In this document: positions 36,266 to 47,545 of the stretch, in pieces
Numbering within the stretch: position 1 is the first letter of the stretch
How the letters are laid out: each line of letters opens with the position of its first letter
Source of the DNA: Macrostomum lignano
Taxonomy: Eukaryota
Direction of reading: 5' to 3'
NCBI GenBank assembly: GCA_002269645.1
Contig: NIVC01000319.1
Location: 372,001-436,000 of the forward strand
DNA length: 64,000 nt
Position numbers and translations under genes: made by a program
The notes under the pieces: generated by a model
Databases searched by the model: none
The model's input: the letters and a program-made list of their open reading frames with translations, nothing else
What the model was told of the DNA's origin: nothing

Positions 36266-39200
36266 TCAGATCTCGAGCTCCATACCGATGTCAGGCAGAT
36301 CCGGGTCGCCTTCAGACAGCACTTCCGGATGGCGGAGGCTCGGCTCGAACAATTGGCTGCCGCGCAGGTCAGGCTGAGCTGCGACTGGCTGTTCTGGAGC
36401 GGGCTGATCGGCTGGGTCGACTTCGCTTTCATCGCTCGACTCGTAGGGCAACATTGGCCGCTCTGTCTGGCGCGGCGGCTCCTGCGGTCGATCTGCCATC
36501 ATCTGCGGCACCTTTATGATGTTGTTGCGGTGTACGAGCATTTCAGCTGGGCGTTCCCGTCGGGCTGTTGCTGGCTGGATCCAGTAGGCTACTTCGCCGA
36601 CCCTCCTGTTGACCTTGTACATGCTTTTGTACGGCCGGTGAAACTTCGGCAGCTCGCCCAACTCGAGCTTCGGGTTGGCCAGGCAAACCAGGTCTCCGGG
36701 CTGCAGTTCCACGGGCTTGGGTCGGTTCTCGTAGTACTCTTCACGGCGTTGGATCTCAGCTCGCAATCGCTGTCGCACAATCCTTTCAGTCTCGGCCAGT
36801 CTACGCTGATGCTTTGCGATGTACTCGGGGAGGTCCGGCGATACGTCCAGGCGGTCTAGGGTGTTATCGATCGGATACCGGTAGGGCACTCCGTAGATGA
36901 CGTAATGCGGCGAGAATCCCGTCGTACGATTGACAGCTGATCGCAAGGCTGTCAGAGCGGCTGGCAACATCTTGTCCCACTGTTGATGATCTTCGAGAAG
37001 ACAAGTGAGCACCTTCTTGATGTTTTTGTTGCACGATTCAGCTTGACCGTTGGCCCAGGGCGAGTATGGCGGCGTCGTTGTCTGCCGGATGCCATAGACT
37101 TCGCAGAAATGTCGAAACTCGTGCCCTGTGAACTGTTTGCCTTGGTCCGAATGGATCCACGCGGGGATTCCGGTGATCGGGAAGACTTGCTCTTGCAGGA
37201 GAGTTATTATCGTCTTGGCGCGCTGATTCTTCATGGCGAAGGCGAAGGGGTACTTTGACGTCGTGTCGACGTAGGTGAGGATGTACTTGTTGCCTCGGTC
37301 TGTCGGGTCTCCAGTGGGGCCCATGATGTCGATCGCACATCGCCCATAGATTTCGCAGACCGGAAATGATTGTACATGCGCTGGGATGCGTCGCCGTCCT
37401 TTACTCTGAGTGCAGGTCTGGCAGGAAGCGACATAGTCGGACACGGCCTTGGCCAGGGCCGGTCGCCAGAACCTCTCGCGCACCTTTGCGATGGTGAGAT
37501 CTCGGCCCATGTGTCCGCAGTAGGGCGAACCATGCAGGTCGGCAAACACTGTGGCGTCGAGACTCTTCGGCAGGACGATCCTCGCATTGTCCTCCTCGCC
37601 AACATCGTCGAGATGGATGACTAATAGTCCGTCGTCTCGGACTTCCAATTGCTCATAGAATGCTAAGAGATTTCGCTCATCTCTTGTTAGATTTAATCGC
37701 TGATTCAGCGGCGGCTTCGGTTGTCGACTTTCAATTAAGTTGATCATCATCGCGATGGCGGAGTCAGCACGCTGATGGGTCTGGAGCTCCTCACGTGTGA
37801 CTGGTCTCGGGATGTGATCAGTTAAGTTCAAAGTTTGGCGTCTGTTAGTCGAATTAGTCGGCGCGGCTTCGGCTGTGGCGGCATGGTTCGGGGTCTGGAG
37901 CTCCCTCCGCATAATCGCTACTCTGGCCGGTTGCCGGGTCGATGAAGAATTTGAGGGCCGATCCTCGTCGGTCATGTCAGCGTCGGCTTCGTCAGCATTA
38001 GATTCGTCAGCAGATGAGAGTGAGTCAGCGGAACTGTCGGTATCAAGGCTGAATCTCACCTTCTTGAACACAGGACGGCGAGCGGGTTGGCAGCGGTCTT
38101 CGTTGGCTGCGCTGTGGTCGCTATCCTCGTCGCCTTCAGCTAGTAGCCGGCGGCCCCTTGACGGGCAACATGTCGTGCTGCTAAAACTGGTGGGCGACCT
38201 CTGTGAGTCCCAATAACGACTGGCAGATGGCCTCGACTTCGTCGCCGGCGGATGCAGCTCTGTCAGCGGCTTGCTGTCGGCTGTCGGTGTTGCGGGCGGC
38301 GTAGTCTCGCCGTTGGACTCAGTTGATTTCGTCGGCGGCTTTCGTCGGTGACGGCGGGTCGGTCGCTTCTTGCTCGGTGGAGGACTAGGGTGGCTGCTGT
38401 CGTGGACCTTCGGCGCCGCTGCGCCAGTTATCGCGGCTGGCTGCTTACTTTGGTCCTCGACGGCGGCCTCTCGCTGAGCCTCCTCCAAACATTCAGCGTC
38501 GTCCTCAGGCCGTCTTGAGAGGCCGTCGGCGTTTTGGTGCTGACTTGATTTTCGATGCTGGATCTCGAACTCGAATTCGCTGAGGCGCTGTAGCCATCGT
38601 CCAAAGATTCCTTCTTGCTGAGTTCGCCTCAGGATGCAGGTTAATGCGGCATGGTCGGTTCGGCAGATGAACTTCTTGGCCAGCAGGTAGAATCTGAAGT
38701 GTCGCATTCCATCTACGACTGCCAAGAGTTCCTGTTTCGTAATCGGATAACGGGCTTCGGCCGGTTTGAGTCGCCGGGAGAAATAGCCGATTGGTCGCTC
38801 TACTCCATCAGCTTGGCGTTGGCTCAGGCAGGCTCCGATTCTGGTCGCAGAAGCATCCGTATCCAGGATAAACATTACTTCCGGATCCTCGCTGAACTGC
38901 GGATACGCGAGCACTGATGTCGAAGTCATGGCTGCTTTGAGCTGATCAAACGCGTCTTGCTGGGCTTTTCCCCATAGACAATTGAAATTTCTAATCTTCT
39001 TTTCCTTGATTAGGTCGTGGAGCGGAGCTGCAAGTTCTGCGTAGCCAGGTACGAATTTAGCATAGTAAGCGCACGTGCAGACAAAACTCTTAAGCTGTCG
39101 GGCTGTTCTTGGTCTTGGCCAGGTTTGAATAGCTTCGATTTTCGCCGGGTCGGTCTTGATTCCATCTTTGGTTACTACGTGTCCCAGGTAGTGGAGGCTT

Positions 39201-40273
39201 GCCCGAAATAAATGGCACTTCTTGCCTTTGAACTTTAGATTAGCTTCTTGGACTCTCTTAAATACTTCTTCCATATGCCGTAGGTGGTCGTTAAATTTCT
39301 TAGAATAGACGATTACGTCATCCAGGTAAGCGATAGCACTTTTGTAGGCAATCCCGTTGAGCACAGCGTTCATGAGGCGCATGAAGCTGGCTGGAGCTGA
39401 ACTTAACCCCATTGGCATAACATTGTAGGCGAACTGTCCGCGGTGCAGCGTGGCAAAGGCAGTCAGGTCTTGATCTTCCGGACGCAGAGGAATCTGATAG
39501 TAGCCGCTATTCAAATCGAATGCACTAAATAGCTGGCTTTCTTCGAGGCTGGCGAATGCTTCTTGAATATTAGGAATCGGGTACGGAAAATACTCGCACT
39601 TTTGATTCAGACTCCGGAAATCTCGTACAATTCTTAGGCTGCCGTCCTTCTTCGGGATGATCACCAGCGGGGTGTTGTAGCTGGAGAAGCTCGGTCGAAT
39701 CACGCCTTTGGCCAGCAGATCGTCGAGTAACTGGTCCACCTTGGGTAGCAGGTGCGGCGGGATCCTTCGCGTTGGGAGATGCACCGGATCTTTGTCCTTC
39801 AGTACGATGTTGTGGGTGACCAGATGAGTTCGGCCGAGATCGTGTGGCCCCTGCGAGAAGATGGTCTGGTACTTTCTCAATAGCTCGATGACTTGAGCGC
39901 GCTGGTCCCTGGACAGATCCTCGCTGATATCGATCTCCTTAATCCAAGCATCGGGATCCTCGTCTTGGATTTGATTGACAGAGTCTTCTGATTTCAGCAG
40001 CGGGAAGAAATGTAGCTCGGGCAGTCTGATTGGTCTAGCAATCCCGACTAGGGCATTCGCTCGCACTTTGATGGCTGTAGTGCCACGGTTGATCATTTCG
40101 ATAGCGCCTTCTCCATTAGCCATGGAAATCAGGGCAGGCGCGGCGTCCAAGTGCTGCACATCTTCTTCGCGACGAGCCGGTTTCAGCGGCTTGATCACGG
40201 CGGGTGTACCCTGGTTTTCTTCTCGTCCTTTGGCTAATTTGATTTTAATTCGGGCAGATGATAACGGCGGCAC
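36266..40273 (-). CDS. pol: reverse transcriptase, RNase H, long linker, integrase
   Basis: RT motifs DFRSLN, YYQIPL and YLDD; RNase H LDTDAS and CRTDH; integrase zinc finger (H..H..CQTC); core IDIMG/HSDQG/AES; C-terminal GPY/F-like KFHRPYKSMYKV. Confidence 0.95.
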   Translation of the reverse strand: MPPLSSARIKIKLAKGREENQGTPAVIKPLKPARREEDVQHLDAAPALISMANGEGAIEMINRGTTAIKVRANALVGIARPIRLPELHFFPLLKSEDSVNQIQDEDPDAWIKEIDISEDLSRDQRAQVIELLRKYQTIFSQGPHDLGRTHLVTHNIVLKDKDPVHLPTRRIPPHLLPKVDQLLDDLLAKGVIRPSFSSYNTPLVIIPKKDGSLRIVRDFRSLNQKCEYFPYPIPNIQEAFASLEESQLFSAFDLNSGYYQIPLRPEDQDLTAFATLHRGQFAYNVMPMGLSSAPASFMRLMNAVLNGIAYKSAIAYLDDVIVYSKKFNDHLRHMEEVFKRVQEANLKFKGKKCHLFRASLHYLGHVVTKDGIKTDPAKIEAIQTWPRPRTARQLKSFVCTCAYYAKFVPGYAELAAPLHDLIKEKKIRNFNCLWGKAQQDAFDQLKAAMTSTSVLAYPQFSEDPEVMFILDTDASATRIGACLSQRQADGVERPIGYFSRRLKPAEARYPITKQELLAVVDGMRHFRFYLLAKKFICRTDHAALTCILRRTQQEGIFGRWLQRLSEFEFEIQHRKSSQHQNADGLSRRPEDDAECLEEAQREAAVEDQSKQPAAITGAAAPKVHDSSHPSPPPSKKRPTRRHRRKPPTKSTESNGETTPPATPTADSKPLTELHPPATKSRPSASRYWDSQRSPTSFSSTTCCPSRGRRLLAEGDEDSDHSAANEDRCQPARRPVFKKVRFSLDTDSSADSLSSADESNADEADADMTDEDRPSNSSSTRQPARVAIMRRELQTPNHAATAEAAPTNSTNRRQTLNLTDHIPRPVTREELQTHQRADSAIAMMINLIESRQPKPPLNQRLNLTRDERNLLAFYEQLEVRDDGLLVIHLDDVGEEDNARIVLPKSLDATVFADLHGSPYCGHMGRDLTIAKVRERFWRPALAKAVSDYVASCQTCTQSKGRRRIPAHVQSFPVCEIYGRCAIDIMGPTGDPTDRGNKYILTYVDTTSKYPFAFAMKNQRAKTIITLLQEQVFPITGIPAWIHSDQGKQFTGHEFRHFCEVYGIRQTTTPPYSPWANGQAESCNKNIKKVLTCLLEDHQQWDKMLPAALTALRSAVNRTTGFSPHYVIYGVPYRYPIDNTLDRLDVSPDLPEYIAKHQRRLAETERIVRQRLRAEIQRREEYYENRPKPVELQPGDLVCLANPKLELGELPKFHRPYKSMYKVNRRVGEVAYWIQPATARRERPAEMLVHRNNIIKVPQMMADRPQEPPRQTERPMLPYESSDESEVDPADQPAPEQPVAAQPDLRGSQLFEPSLRHPEVLSEGDPDLPDIGMELEI

Positions 40274-40282
40274 AGTTGTGCT

Positions 40283-40852
40283 CTAGGCCGTGTAGATTCT
40301 GCACGTTGTAGCTTCAGTTCGCGTGTAGCGTAGCGGTGCGGCTGTGCCGTCCTTGAAAAACAGCATTCCGGCGGCGAGGTCCAGTGATGTGCTGTACTTC
40401 TCCAGGAACTCGAAGCCCAGAATGTTGTCATGCGATCCTTTCGCTAGCAGAAACTTGACTGTAGGCTCAAAATTACCAATCTTCACTTTGATGGATAGTT
40501 CTCCTGCCATCTGAATTGGTTCACCATTGTAGGTCACAATGCGCTGAAGGCAGGGCTTGATTTGGCCACGCAGGGTCGGGTCGTCAGTACATAGGCGGTG
40601 CCAGGTGCTGAATCCTAGGACTTCACACTTGGACCCGGTATCAAGCAAGAAAGCAAAATAGCGGCCTTGAATCTCACCAGTTAAAAACGGATCTCTCCGA
40701 GGTCGCTTGGGTGCAGAATTCTGTACAGGTGCGGCGGAGGCTGTCTCAGCAGTGGCCTGCTGAGCGACTAAAGTCCTCGGCGGGGACTTCAGTGCTGGCG
40801 CGGCTGCTGGATGGCGCTGCCCCCGATGGCGCGTCCAGCCGTCCCGTTTCCC
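40283..40852 (-). CDS. Aspartic protease (-1 frame relative to gag), separated from RT by an in-frame TAG
   Basis: FLLDTGS and NILGFEFL motifs. TAG at 40283-85 is in frame with pol (YTA*STTVPP). Confidence 0.9.
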   Translation of the reverse strand, partial: GKRDGWTRHRGQRHPAAAPALKSPPRTLVAQQATAETASAAPVQNSAPKRPRRDPFLTGEIQGRYFAFLLDTGSKCEVLGFSTWHRLCTDDPTLRGQIKPCLQRIVTYNGEPIQMAGELSIKVKIGNFEPTVKFLLAKGSHDNILGFEFLEKYSTSLDLAAGMLFFKDGTAAPLRYTRTEATTCRIYTA

Positions 40853-42180
40853 GAGCTGCCGTTGCGCTGGGACGCGGTGCTGGCCGACCGCCGGTGCGGG
40901 CACTCATCGGCACGATGCTCGCGATTGCACCTGTAACACATGGCATTCTGCCGTCGCAACTGGTAAGGCGGCGGCCTTGAACTCGGCTGCTGCTGCTGCT
41001 GCTGCTGCTGCTGACGTGGACCTCCTGCTGGCGGCGTTCTCGGCGGCGGGTTGCTGCCGTCTCGTGGTTGCTGAAGTCGATGGAACGGTTGCTGTGGCAC
41101 CATTCGCGTGCCGGGTGTCGTAAATTGGGCGCTTCCGTCAGCGCTGCGGCGAGGAGTCGAGGGTACCAGACATCTGGAGCGTTGGCCCCACGAGTCCCGC
41201 GGCTGGTGGCGAGGCTCCAATGGCTCCGGGGTGTCGTTGTCGCGCGATCCCCGTGAGTAGAATTCTCGCATCTCGTTACTCAATGTCTCCAGTAGGCGTC
41301 GCTGCTCCTGCAGAGTTTCGGCTTGTTGTTCCATCACTTCACGCAACCAGTTCTCCTCGGGCCGAGATGACTTGTCGTGTTGCACCACAGTGGGCGTCTG
41401 ACCATTGTCATCTTCGAGGACCCGGACATGTCTCGCTGCTGGCGGCGGTGCTACTCGCTGAGCCAGACTAGCTGCTGTCTCCAAGCGTAGCACGGCCCGT
41501 CTCGCTGCGGTCAGATTCTGCGGTCGCACCAGGATTAGCTGTTCTCTCGCCGACTGAGCAATCCGCACTCCCACTGTGAACTGATCCACCAGTTCAGCCT
41601 GCTTCTAAACCGGGGTAAAATGCGGAAATGCTCTATCGGCCAGAGCAATTAGTCGATCGCCATAGTCGTCAACGCTCTCGTTCTTGCCTTGCTGGCAGCT
41701 TCGGAACTGCTCCCGGTACTCCAGCGTGTCGGCCACATGCGTAAAACGTTCAGACAATCGCTGTTTGAACTCACCAAACGTTAGATTATCTGGCAGCTCC
41801 ATCCTGACGACTGCGGGATAGGTGGTGGCGATGTCCAGATTCACGAGGACCTCCGCCTTCTTGCGTCTGTCGTCTGTGATCCCGTTGAGCTCGCAACGCT
41901 CTTCCAGAGCCTGGATCCAGACGTCGAATTCCTGGTTCTGCGTATACCGCTGAATCTTGACCGGTTTCGGCGCTGGAGCTCGATCCTGCTGCTGGGGCTG
42001 CTGGTACACATGATGATGGTGTTGCGGCTGGCCCAGGCTGGTCTGCTCCAGTCGCCGGCGCAACTCTTCGGTCACCGCGCGAATCATCTCGTCGTAGGTC
42101 GGTCTTGTCGTTGAGTTGTCGGGGCCCGCGGCGTTGGCTGTCGCGTCCGCGGTCGTTGAATTAGTATTAGTTGAAGCCAT
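40789..42180 (-). pseudogene. gag (463 codons from ATG 42180) with internal in-frame TAG at 41605-07
   Basis: Capsid-like QGKNESVDDYGDRLIALADRAF; zinc knuckle CYRCNREHRADEC (CX2CX3HX4C). The two track ORFs are in the same frame across PHFTPV*KQAELVDQF. Confidence 0.87.
40846..40852 (-). promoter_or_regulatory. -1 ribosomal frameshift slippery site G GGA AAC with downstream GC-rich hairpin
   Basis: Gag frame TCG GGA AAC, PR frame GGG AAA CGG. About 4 nt downstream is CGGCTGGA...TCCAGCAGCCG, which can pair. Confidence 0.72.
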
Positions 42181-42229
42181 AGTAGTGTAGCGTTTGAACG
42201 ACTCGTTGAAAGGGTTTTGGCGTCTCGTT

Positions 42230-42247
42230 ATCCCACCGCTGCCACCA
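42230..42247 (-). promoter_or_regulatory. Primer-binding site complementary to the tRNA-Leu 3' end
   Basis: TGGTGGCAGCGGTGGGAT, 1 nt from the 5' LTR. Its complement ATCCCACCGCTGCCACCA is the conserved eukaryotic tRNA-Leu 3' end. Confidence 0.85.
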
Positions 42248-42248
42248 A

Positions 42249-43287
42249 TGAGGTGGGGCGGAGAAGAATCTTTTGGAAGTTCTGAGTTTTGAAAATTTGT
42301 TGACACCAGTGAGGTGGGGGTAGAGAAGATTTAAACTCCTGGGTTGACGGTCGGCCGAAATTCTTCGAAACCGGTGGCGTTGCGTTCGCACGAATAAAAC
42401 CGGAAAAATCGCGCAGATGAATCACAACGGAATTTCTTCTCCTTTTCTCCGACTGCCGGGTTCTCAAGTCCGGGGGAGGGTAGTCGTAATCGTAGCAGAG
42501 CGGTCGTTTAGCGGCTCGGGTCGTTCAAAGGGATGAAACACCGGAGATTTCTGGCTCCGTAAATTAATGCGTCGATGTGTTGAACTGGTTACTTTCAGTA
42601 GGGTAGTTGCTGCCACCACCGTAATTTACGTATTACGGAACGGATAAGTCTCAGAGCTTTCTTTGAGATGAGAACTTGGTTATTTTACGCCCCACGGGCA
42701 AATGACTCAATAAATGCTATGGCTTATGTCAGCAGATTAAATATGATTCGGAATAATGGTTTATGGGCTTGGTTTATTAATAATAATGCAGGCTTATGAT
42801 TAGTAATTTTGATTTTTCAGACGACTGAGATGTTCACGGGCGCCGGTGCGCTAAATAAACTTAAAAAAAAACGAAAATTAGATTAAGGAAATAGGGGGTC
42901 GAAAACCAAAAAGGGGAAGGGTGGGGGAGAAAGGTTAGAAAACAACTCATCGTGCGCAGATTATAAATAAAGAGAGAATTACATGCACATCGTTTGGAAG
43001 TTAAACTGGACAGGCCGATGGAGCAAAGTTTCAATGCGTGGAAACTTTGGGTGGACGGCTTGCCGCAAAGGAAAAGGGAGAAAAATTTTAACAAAATCCA
43101 CCGCAAGGGAGCGCGTTTTAGCACCCAGTGGAAACTAAAACAGTGGCTGGACGGCCACTTGACGGAAAATGATGCGCCAGAAATTCACTAGATGGATACG
43201 AAAGTAAAAAAAAATTAATGTTTATTGGGCATGCAACTTAGCGTAATTGTGTGATTAAGTGTTCATCAGTGGCACTCGACTGCCACA
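42249..43287 (-). repeat. 5' LTR
   Basis: Direct repeat of 29199-30237, adjacent to the PBS. Confidence 0.96.
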
Positions 43288-44737
43288 ATATCCTGCGCCA
43301 TCACTTTATAAATCAGTTGTTTTACATGTACATGTAGTTTGCAGTTTGTAGTCTGAAATTTGTAGTTTGTAGTTTGTAGTCCGATCGATTCTACAATTTC
43401 CACATTAGTATTGTTCTAGCAATCTTCGCCCCCGATGGGGGACATCTGGATAGAATCCTTGTTCTTTGTTCCTTGTTCTTTTCTGTGCTTGATCAACTGT
43501 ACTTGTGGCTTTCTTCTAAGTGAGCATAGAAGCACTAGGCAGTGTGTATTTCTATGGCCAAGGATATGTGAACAAATGCATGCTGCTTACAGCAAGAAGC
43601 ACTTATAAAAATTGGATTTTCGTGGCATGACAGCTAAAATAAGCTGCTAACTTTTAAGGCATATATATAAGGCATATACTTTGAATTTTATATGTAAAAA
43701 TGTTACGACCCTATTTACATGGAATGGCCCATATGATTTTTTAAACACACATTAATATTTGTGGAAGCAAGCAAAAGTGACACTACTTCTTGGACACCCC
43801 TTGCTATTTCAATAGAAATTTATTCATTGCTATATTCTTTTTTATTATATGGACTATACTTTTCTAGTATGTTGTACATGGCAAAAAAGCAAGAAATCTT
43901 TGATGCTTTTTAAAGAAACATCAGTTGCAACTTTAAAGAAAATCAAAATCATTGTTGCAAATGATTATATTGATACATGTACAACTATTAGATTGGCCAT
44001 ATTGGCTAGCAATTATACATGTATATACAAAACATACAATTTTTATACATAGCCTAAAATATACAAATGACAAAATTGCACAACAAAAGATGTATCTAAA
44101 TGGTCAAGGAGTCAGTTGACCTTTTAAAAATTTAAGATGTCTTTCCTAAAAATTAATCTAGAAAATTTGGCCAATCAGGGCTAATCTTAGTCATGTTCTT
44201 AGGTAGGCCTAATAGAATATCAACTATATTAAGTAGGCAAAAAAGTAAGGAAAGTGCTTTCTATAGAAGATTTTCTATAAATATACTTTTGTTAATTTTC
44301 CTTTGCTTTGCTAGTTAAAAACTATAACTCTCTTTTCTACTATGAATACTTATTAATGTATTTTAAATAAATTAAGCAAACTTCAAATATTATATATAAA
44401 GACATCCCATGGCTATAATAAGGCTGTTATAATAGTGTTTTTAATACTTACACTTCTGCTATACATTTATATATCTTATATCTAAAGCTGAGTGGACCAA
44501 TTGATTGATTGATTGATTAACAACTGGGTTTAACGCGTATATTCTCCTAGATGGTTGGCAACTCAAATGCGAGACATATCTATCAATGCAAAATTTTCCT
44601 ACACAACAAATAGGCTATTTTAATGTTGAAATTTTCAAAATTAAGTCTGTTAAAAGGTAGAAAACTGTTTTCTTAACCTTTTTTGGCTATTTTTTCTGCT
44701 CTAAACTGAAAATTTGCATCCATTTTGAGCGATTGTG

Positions 44738-44908
44738 TTACAACTTTTTCCTATCTTGGCAATGTATTTTCTCTCCAGTGGGGGGATTGGGGCATTCTAA
44801 ATGGCTGCATATGTACACTTGGACCCTTGCTAATTGGCGGACAATGAAATTCAATGCACAAACTTGCAAACCTTTTACTGTAGCAGGCCCTATAGGAAAA
44901 AGTTGTAA
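44738..44908. repeat. 17-bp inverted repeat pair (possible MITE remnant)
   Basis: ttacaactttttcctat ... ataggaaaaagttgtaa. Confidence 0.5.
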
Positions 44909-45084
44909 AATCGCGGACAGTGTCCGGCGCACTTTCTGAAACTTTTCTAAAGCATAGCGCGCGCACAGGTGCATCGCCTGCGCGCGCTGCCCTTTCTTAC
45001 TGGCTGCTGCTCTAGCAAATACATATACATGGAAATGGGTATAATACCTCTGTTAAAGGGGCTTATACACGTAATTTATTAAGT

Positions 45085-45358
45085 TTAGAGATGTTCCGAA
45101 AATTCAATTTCAATTTTGAAAAAATTTAGAAGTGAAAATTTTGGTAGTGTCTAAAAAGTCGCTAAAAATAAACTACTTTCTACTACATATACATGTATTA
45201 CTTTTTGCTTAAGCAGTAAATTGAAAGTAAAAAAGTGAGTGTTGATCATACTAAACTTTGTTTTTCTAATTATGATTTCGGGAAATTTCAATTTTGATTT
45301 TAGAAAGTTGGCAAATTTTGATTTTGACGAAACTGCAGATCTTTCGGAACATCTCTAA
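45085..45358. mobile_element. MITE-like element with 17-bp TIRs
   Basis: TTAGAGATGTTCCGAAA ... TTTCGGAACATCTCTAA; no convincing TSD. Confidence 0.6.
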
Positions 45359-46391
45359 TAGTCCTAAAGCACAGTAAAATAGTTTGACTCTTTTCTAAAG
45401 CGCGCGTCCGCAGGTTTTTAACATTTATTCCAATAGGGGTAGCAGGCAGTGAATGTACACTAAAAAATTCAATGCTTTAAACTAAGAAATTTCTAACCCA
45501 AACTGTTCCTCAAGTTTTAAACTTTCAGAGAAGAGACTTAAATTGCTAGAAAGATCTGTTAATGCTAAGTTCGGGGATATAAGTTTTTTGCTTTAAATAT
45601 GAAAAAAATAATACAGCAATCAAAAAACAATTTCCTTACTTTTAACTTTCTGCAAAGATTGTACTCATTTTGGGGTTGAATCAGGTTTTGACCAACCCCT
45701 ACCAGTTGGGGAGTTTCAATTTTTAACTGCCACTGTAGTGGAAGGGGGTTGATCGCTGTATATTGGAGGGTTGATTTAGATTGCGCAATCATTTTGTTAA
45801 CTTTATTTGAGATTGATACTGACTGATGGAGAAATTGATTGCGCAACCAATTGTTTCACTTGGTTCAATTTTTATAGTATTGGCACCTTTGAACACGCAG
45901 CTCTGAGCAGCTCTTACCCTAACCCTAATCCTCGCCATTGAGTCCAGAGAGTTGATTTCTGTTTGACGGAGAGGCTTTCGATGGTTTTCAGTTTCATGGA
46001 GAGGATTTTTTGGAGATTCTTTGGAGATGAGTTTTATGATGGGATTCGGGTCGAGGGATTCAGCCGATGTATTTCAGGGAATGGAATTCTGGTGACGGGA
46101 GTTCTTCCCCTTACTCCTCCAGTGGAGGAGTTGGCCTTGTTATTTCTATTGTCTGTTGGAAGTAGGCTCAGCTTTATTTATACTATCAAGCCAGTGTATC
46201 CTAGATTTATCTTGATGGTATATATTTAATATAATGGGCCTTATGTTTTAAAATTCTTTAGTTTTGTTCCTATGCAATTTTATACAAGATATACATAGTA
46301 TTAACATACATAGTATTTTCTCTGAAAGTTTAACAAAGACTGCATTTGTAGCTCTTAGATAAGTCATAGCCAAACTGTGACCGCCGCAGGC

Positions 46392-46556
46392 ATGAGCAGC
46401 CAAATGGCATCAACAGGTGGTGGCAGGAAGCCGCGATTCGTCCATCCAGACTACAGCCTGGCCCCCAACTGCGGAGTGACCTACGGTGTCCGCTATGTTG
46501 GCAGTGTGCCAGTGCTGGCCAGCACCAGGTCGCTCAAGACTGACATGCGAAACCAG
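46392..46556 (+). CDS. Shc: Shc adaptor exon 1 (PTB N-terminus)
   Basis: FVHPDYSLAPNCGVTYGVRYVGSVPVLASTRSLKTDMRNQ aligns to the Shc PTB start (WLHP..[28 protein letters not shown]). Ends CAG|GCGAGT. ATG is preceded by ccgcag|GC, a possible cis or trans acceptor. Confidence 0.9.
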
Positions 46557-46807
46557 GCGAGTTTGCTGAGCCATGCGTGATTCAGCTTTTCTGTCTGATA
46601 TGCCTCACAATTTCCGGCAGTCTTAGCAATCCGATTTTAGCTACAGACTATGTTACACTTGTGAGAGATTGTATAGTTGCTTTTTGCCTAGTGCAGACGA
46701 GAGCTGGCCATTGTGTCTTTGTTGCTCTTAGTATTTTTGGCGCTGCGAACACTATTTAGTCACCGTTTGAGTCTCTGGTCTCGCTTAGTCTAAATTCTTT
46801 TTCATCC

Positions 46808-47545
46808 TAGTCTGAACTTTCTGTTCCATCCCAGTCTGAAGTCTTTGTTCCTTCCATCTTAATCTGAAGTCTTTGTTCCATCTTAATCTGAAGTCTTTGT
46901 TCCATCCTAATCTGAAGTCTTTGTTCCTTCCATCTTAATCTGAAGTCTTTGTTCCATCTTAATCTGAAGTCTTTGTTCCATCCTAATCTGAAGTCTTTGT
47001 TTCTTCCATCTTAATCTGAAGTCTTTGTTCCTTCCATCTTAATCTGAAGTCTTCGTTCCATCCCAGTCTGAAGTCTCTGTTCCATCCCAGTCTGAAGTCT
47101 GTTCCATTCCAGTCTGAAGTTTCTGTTCCATTCCAGTCTAAAGTCTCTGTTCCATCCTAAACTGAAGTCTTTGTTCCATCCCAGTCTGAAGTCTTTGTTC
47201 CATCCCAGTCTAAAGTCTCTGTTCCATCCCAGTCTGAAGTCTTTGTTCCATCCCAGTCTAAAGTCTCTGTTCCATCCTAAACTGAAGTCTTTGTTCCATC
47301 CCAGTCTGAAGTCTTTGTTCCATCCCAGTCTGAAGTCTCTGTTCCATCCCAGTCTAAAGTCTCTGTTCCATCCCAGTCTGAAGTCTTTGTTCCACCACAA
47401 TCTGAAGTCTCTGTTCCATCCCATTCTGAAGTCTTTGTTCCACCACAATCTGAAGTCTTTGTTCCATCCCAGTCTGAAGTCTGTTCCACCACAATCTGAA
47501 GTCTTTGTTCCATCCCAGTCTGAAGTCTGTTCCATCCTGGCCTGG
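46808..47545. repeat. 24-bp minisatellite (TCTGAAGTCTTTGTTCCATCCCAG)n in Shc intron 1
   Basis: Tandem array. Confidence 0.96.

Larger units (their letters stand above)
29199..43287 (-). mobile_element. Full-length Ty3/gypsy LTR retrotransposon (14.1 kb including two nested hAT insertions)
   Basis: Two 1039-bp TG...CA direct repeats, 4-bp TSD ATAT (29195-98 / 43288-91), PBS, and gag-PR-RT-RNaseH-IN domain order. Confidence 0.96.

Noticed and set aside
42230-42247. tRNA-Leu-like sequence
   Set aside because: Only the 18-nt 3' end including CCA is present next to an LTR, so it is a PBS and not a tRNA gene.
29829-43191. Duplicated short ORFs in the two LTRs (MLKRAPLRW.., MEVKLDRP..)
   Set aside because: They are duplicated simply because the LTRs are; there is no coding signature.
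45455-45880. Possible CACTA/Transib-like ends (cactaaaaaatt ... aattttatagta)
   Set aside because: Short AT-rich match with mismatches and no TSD.
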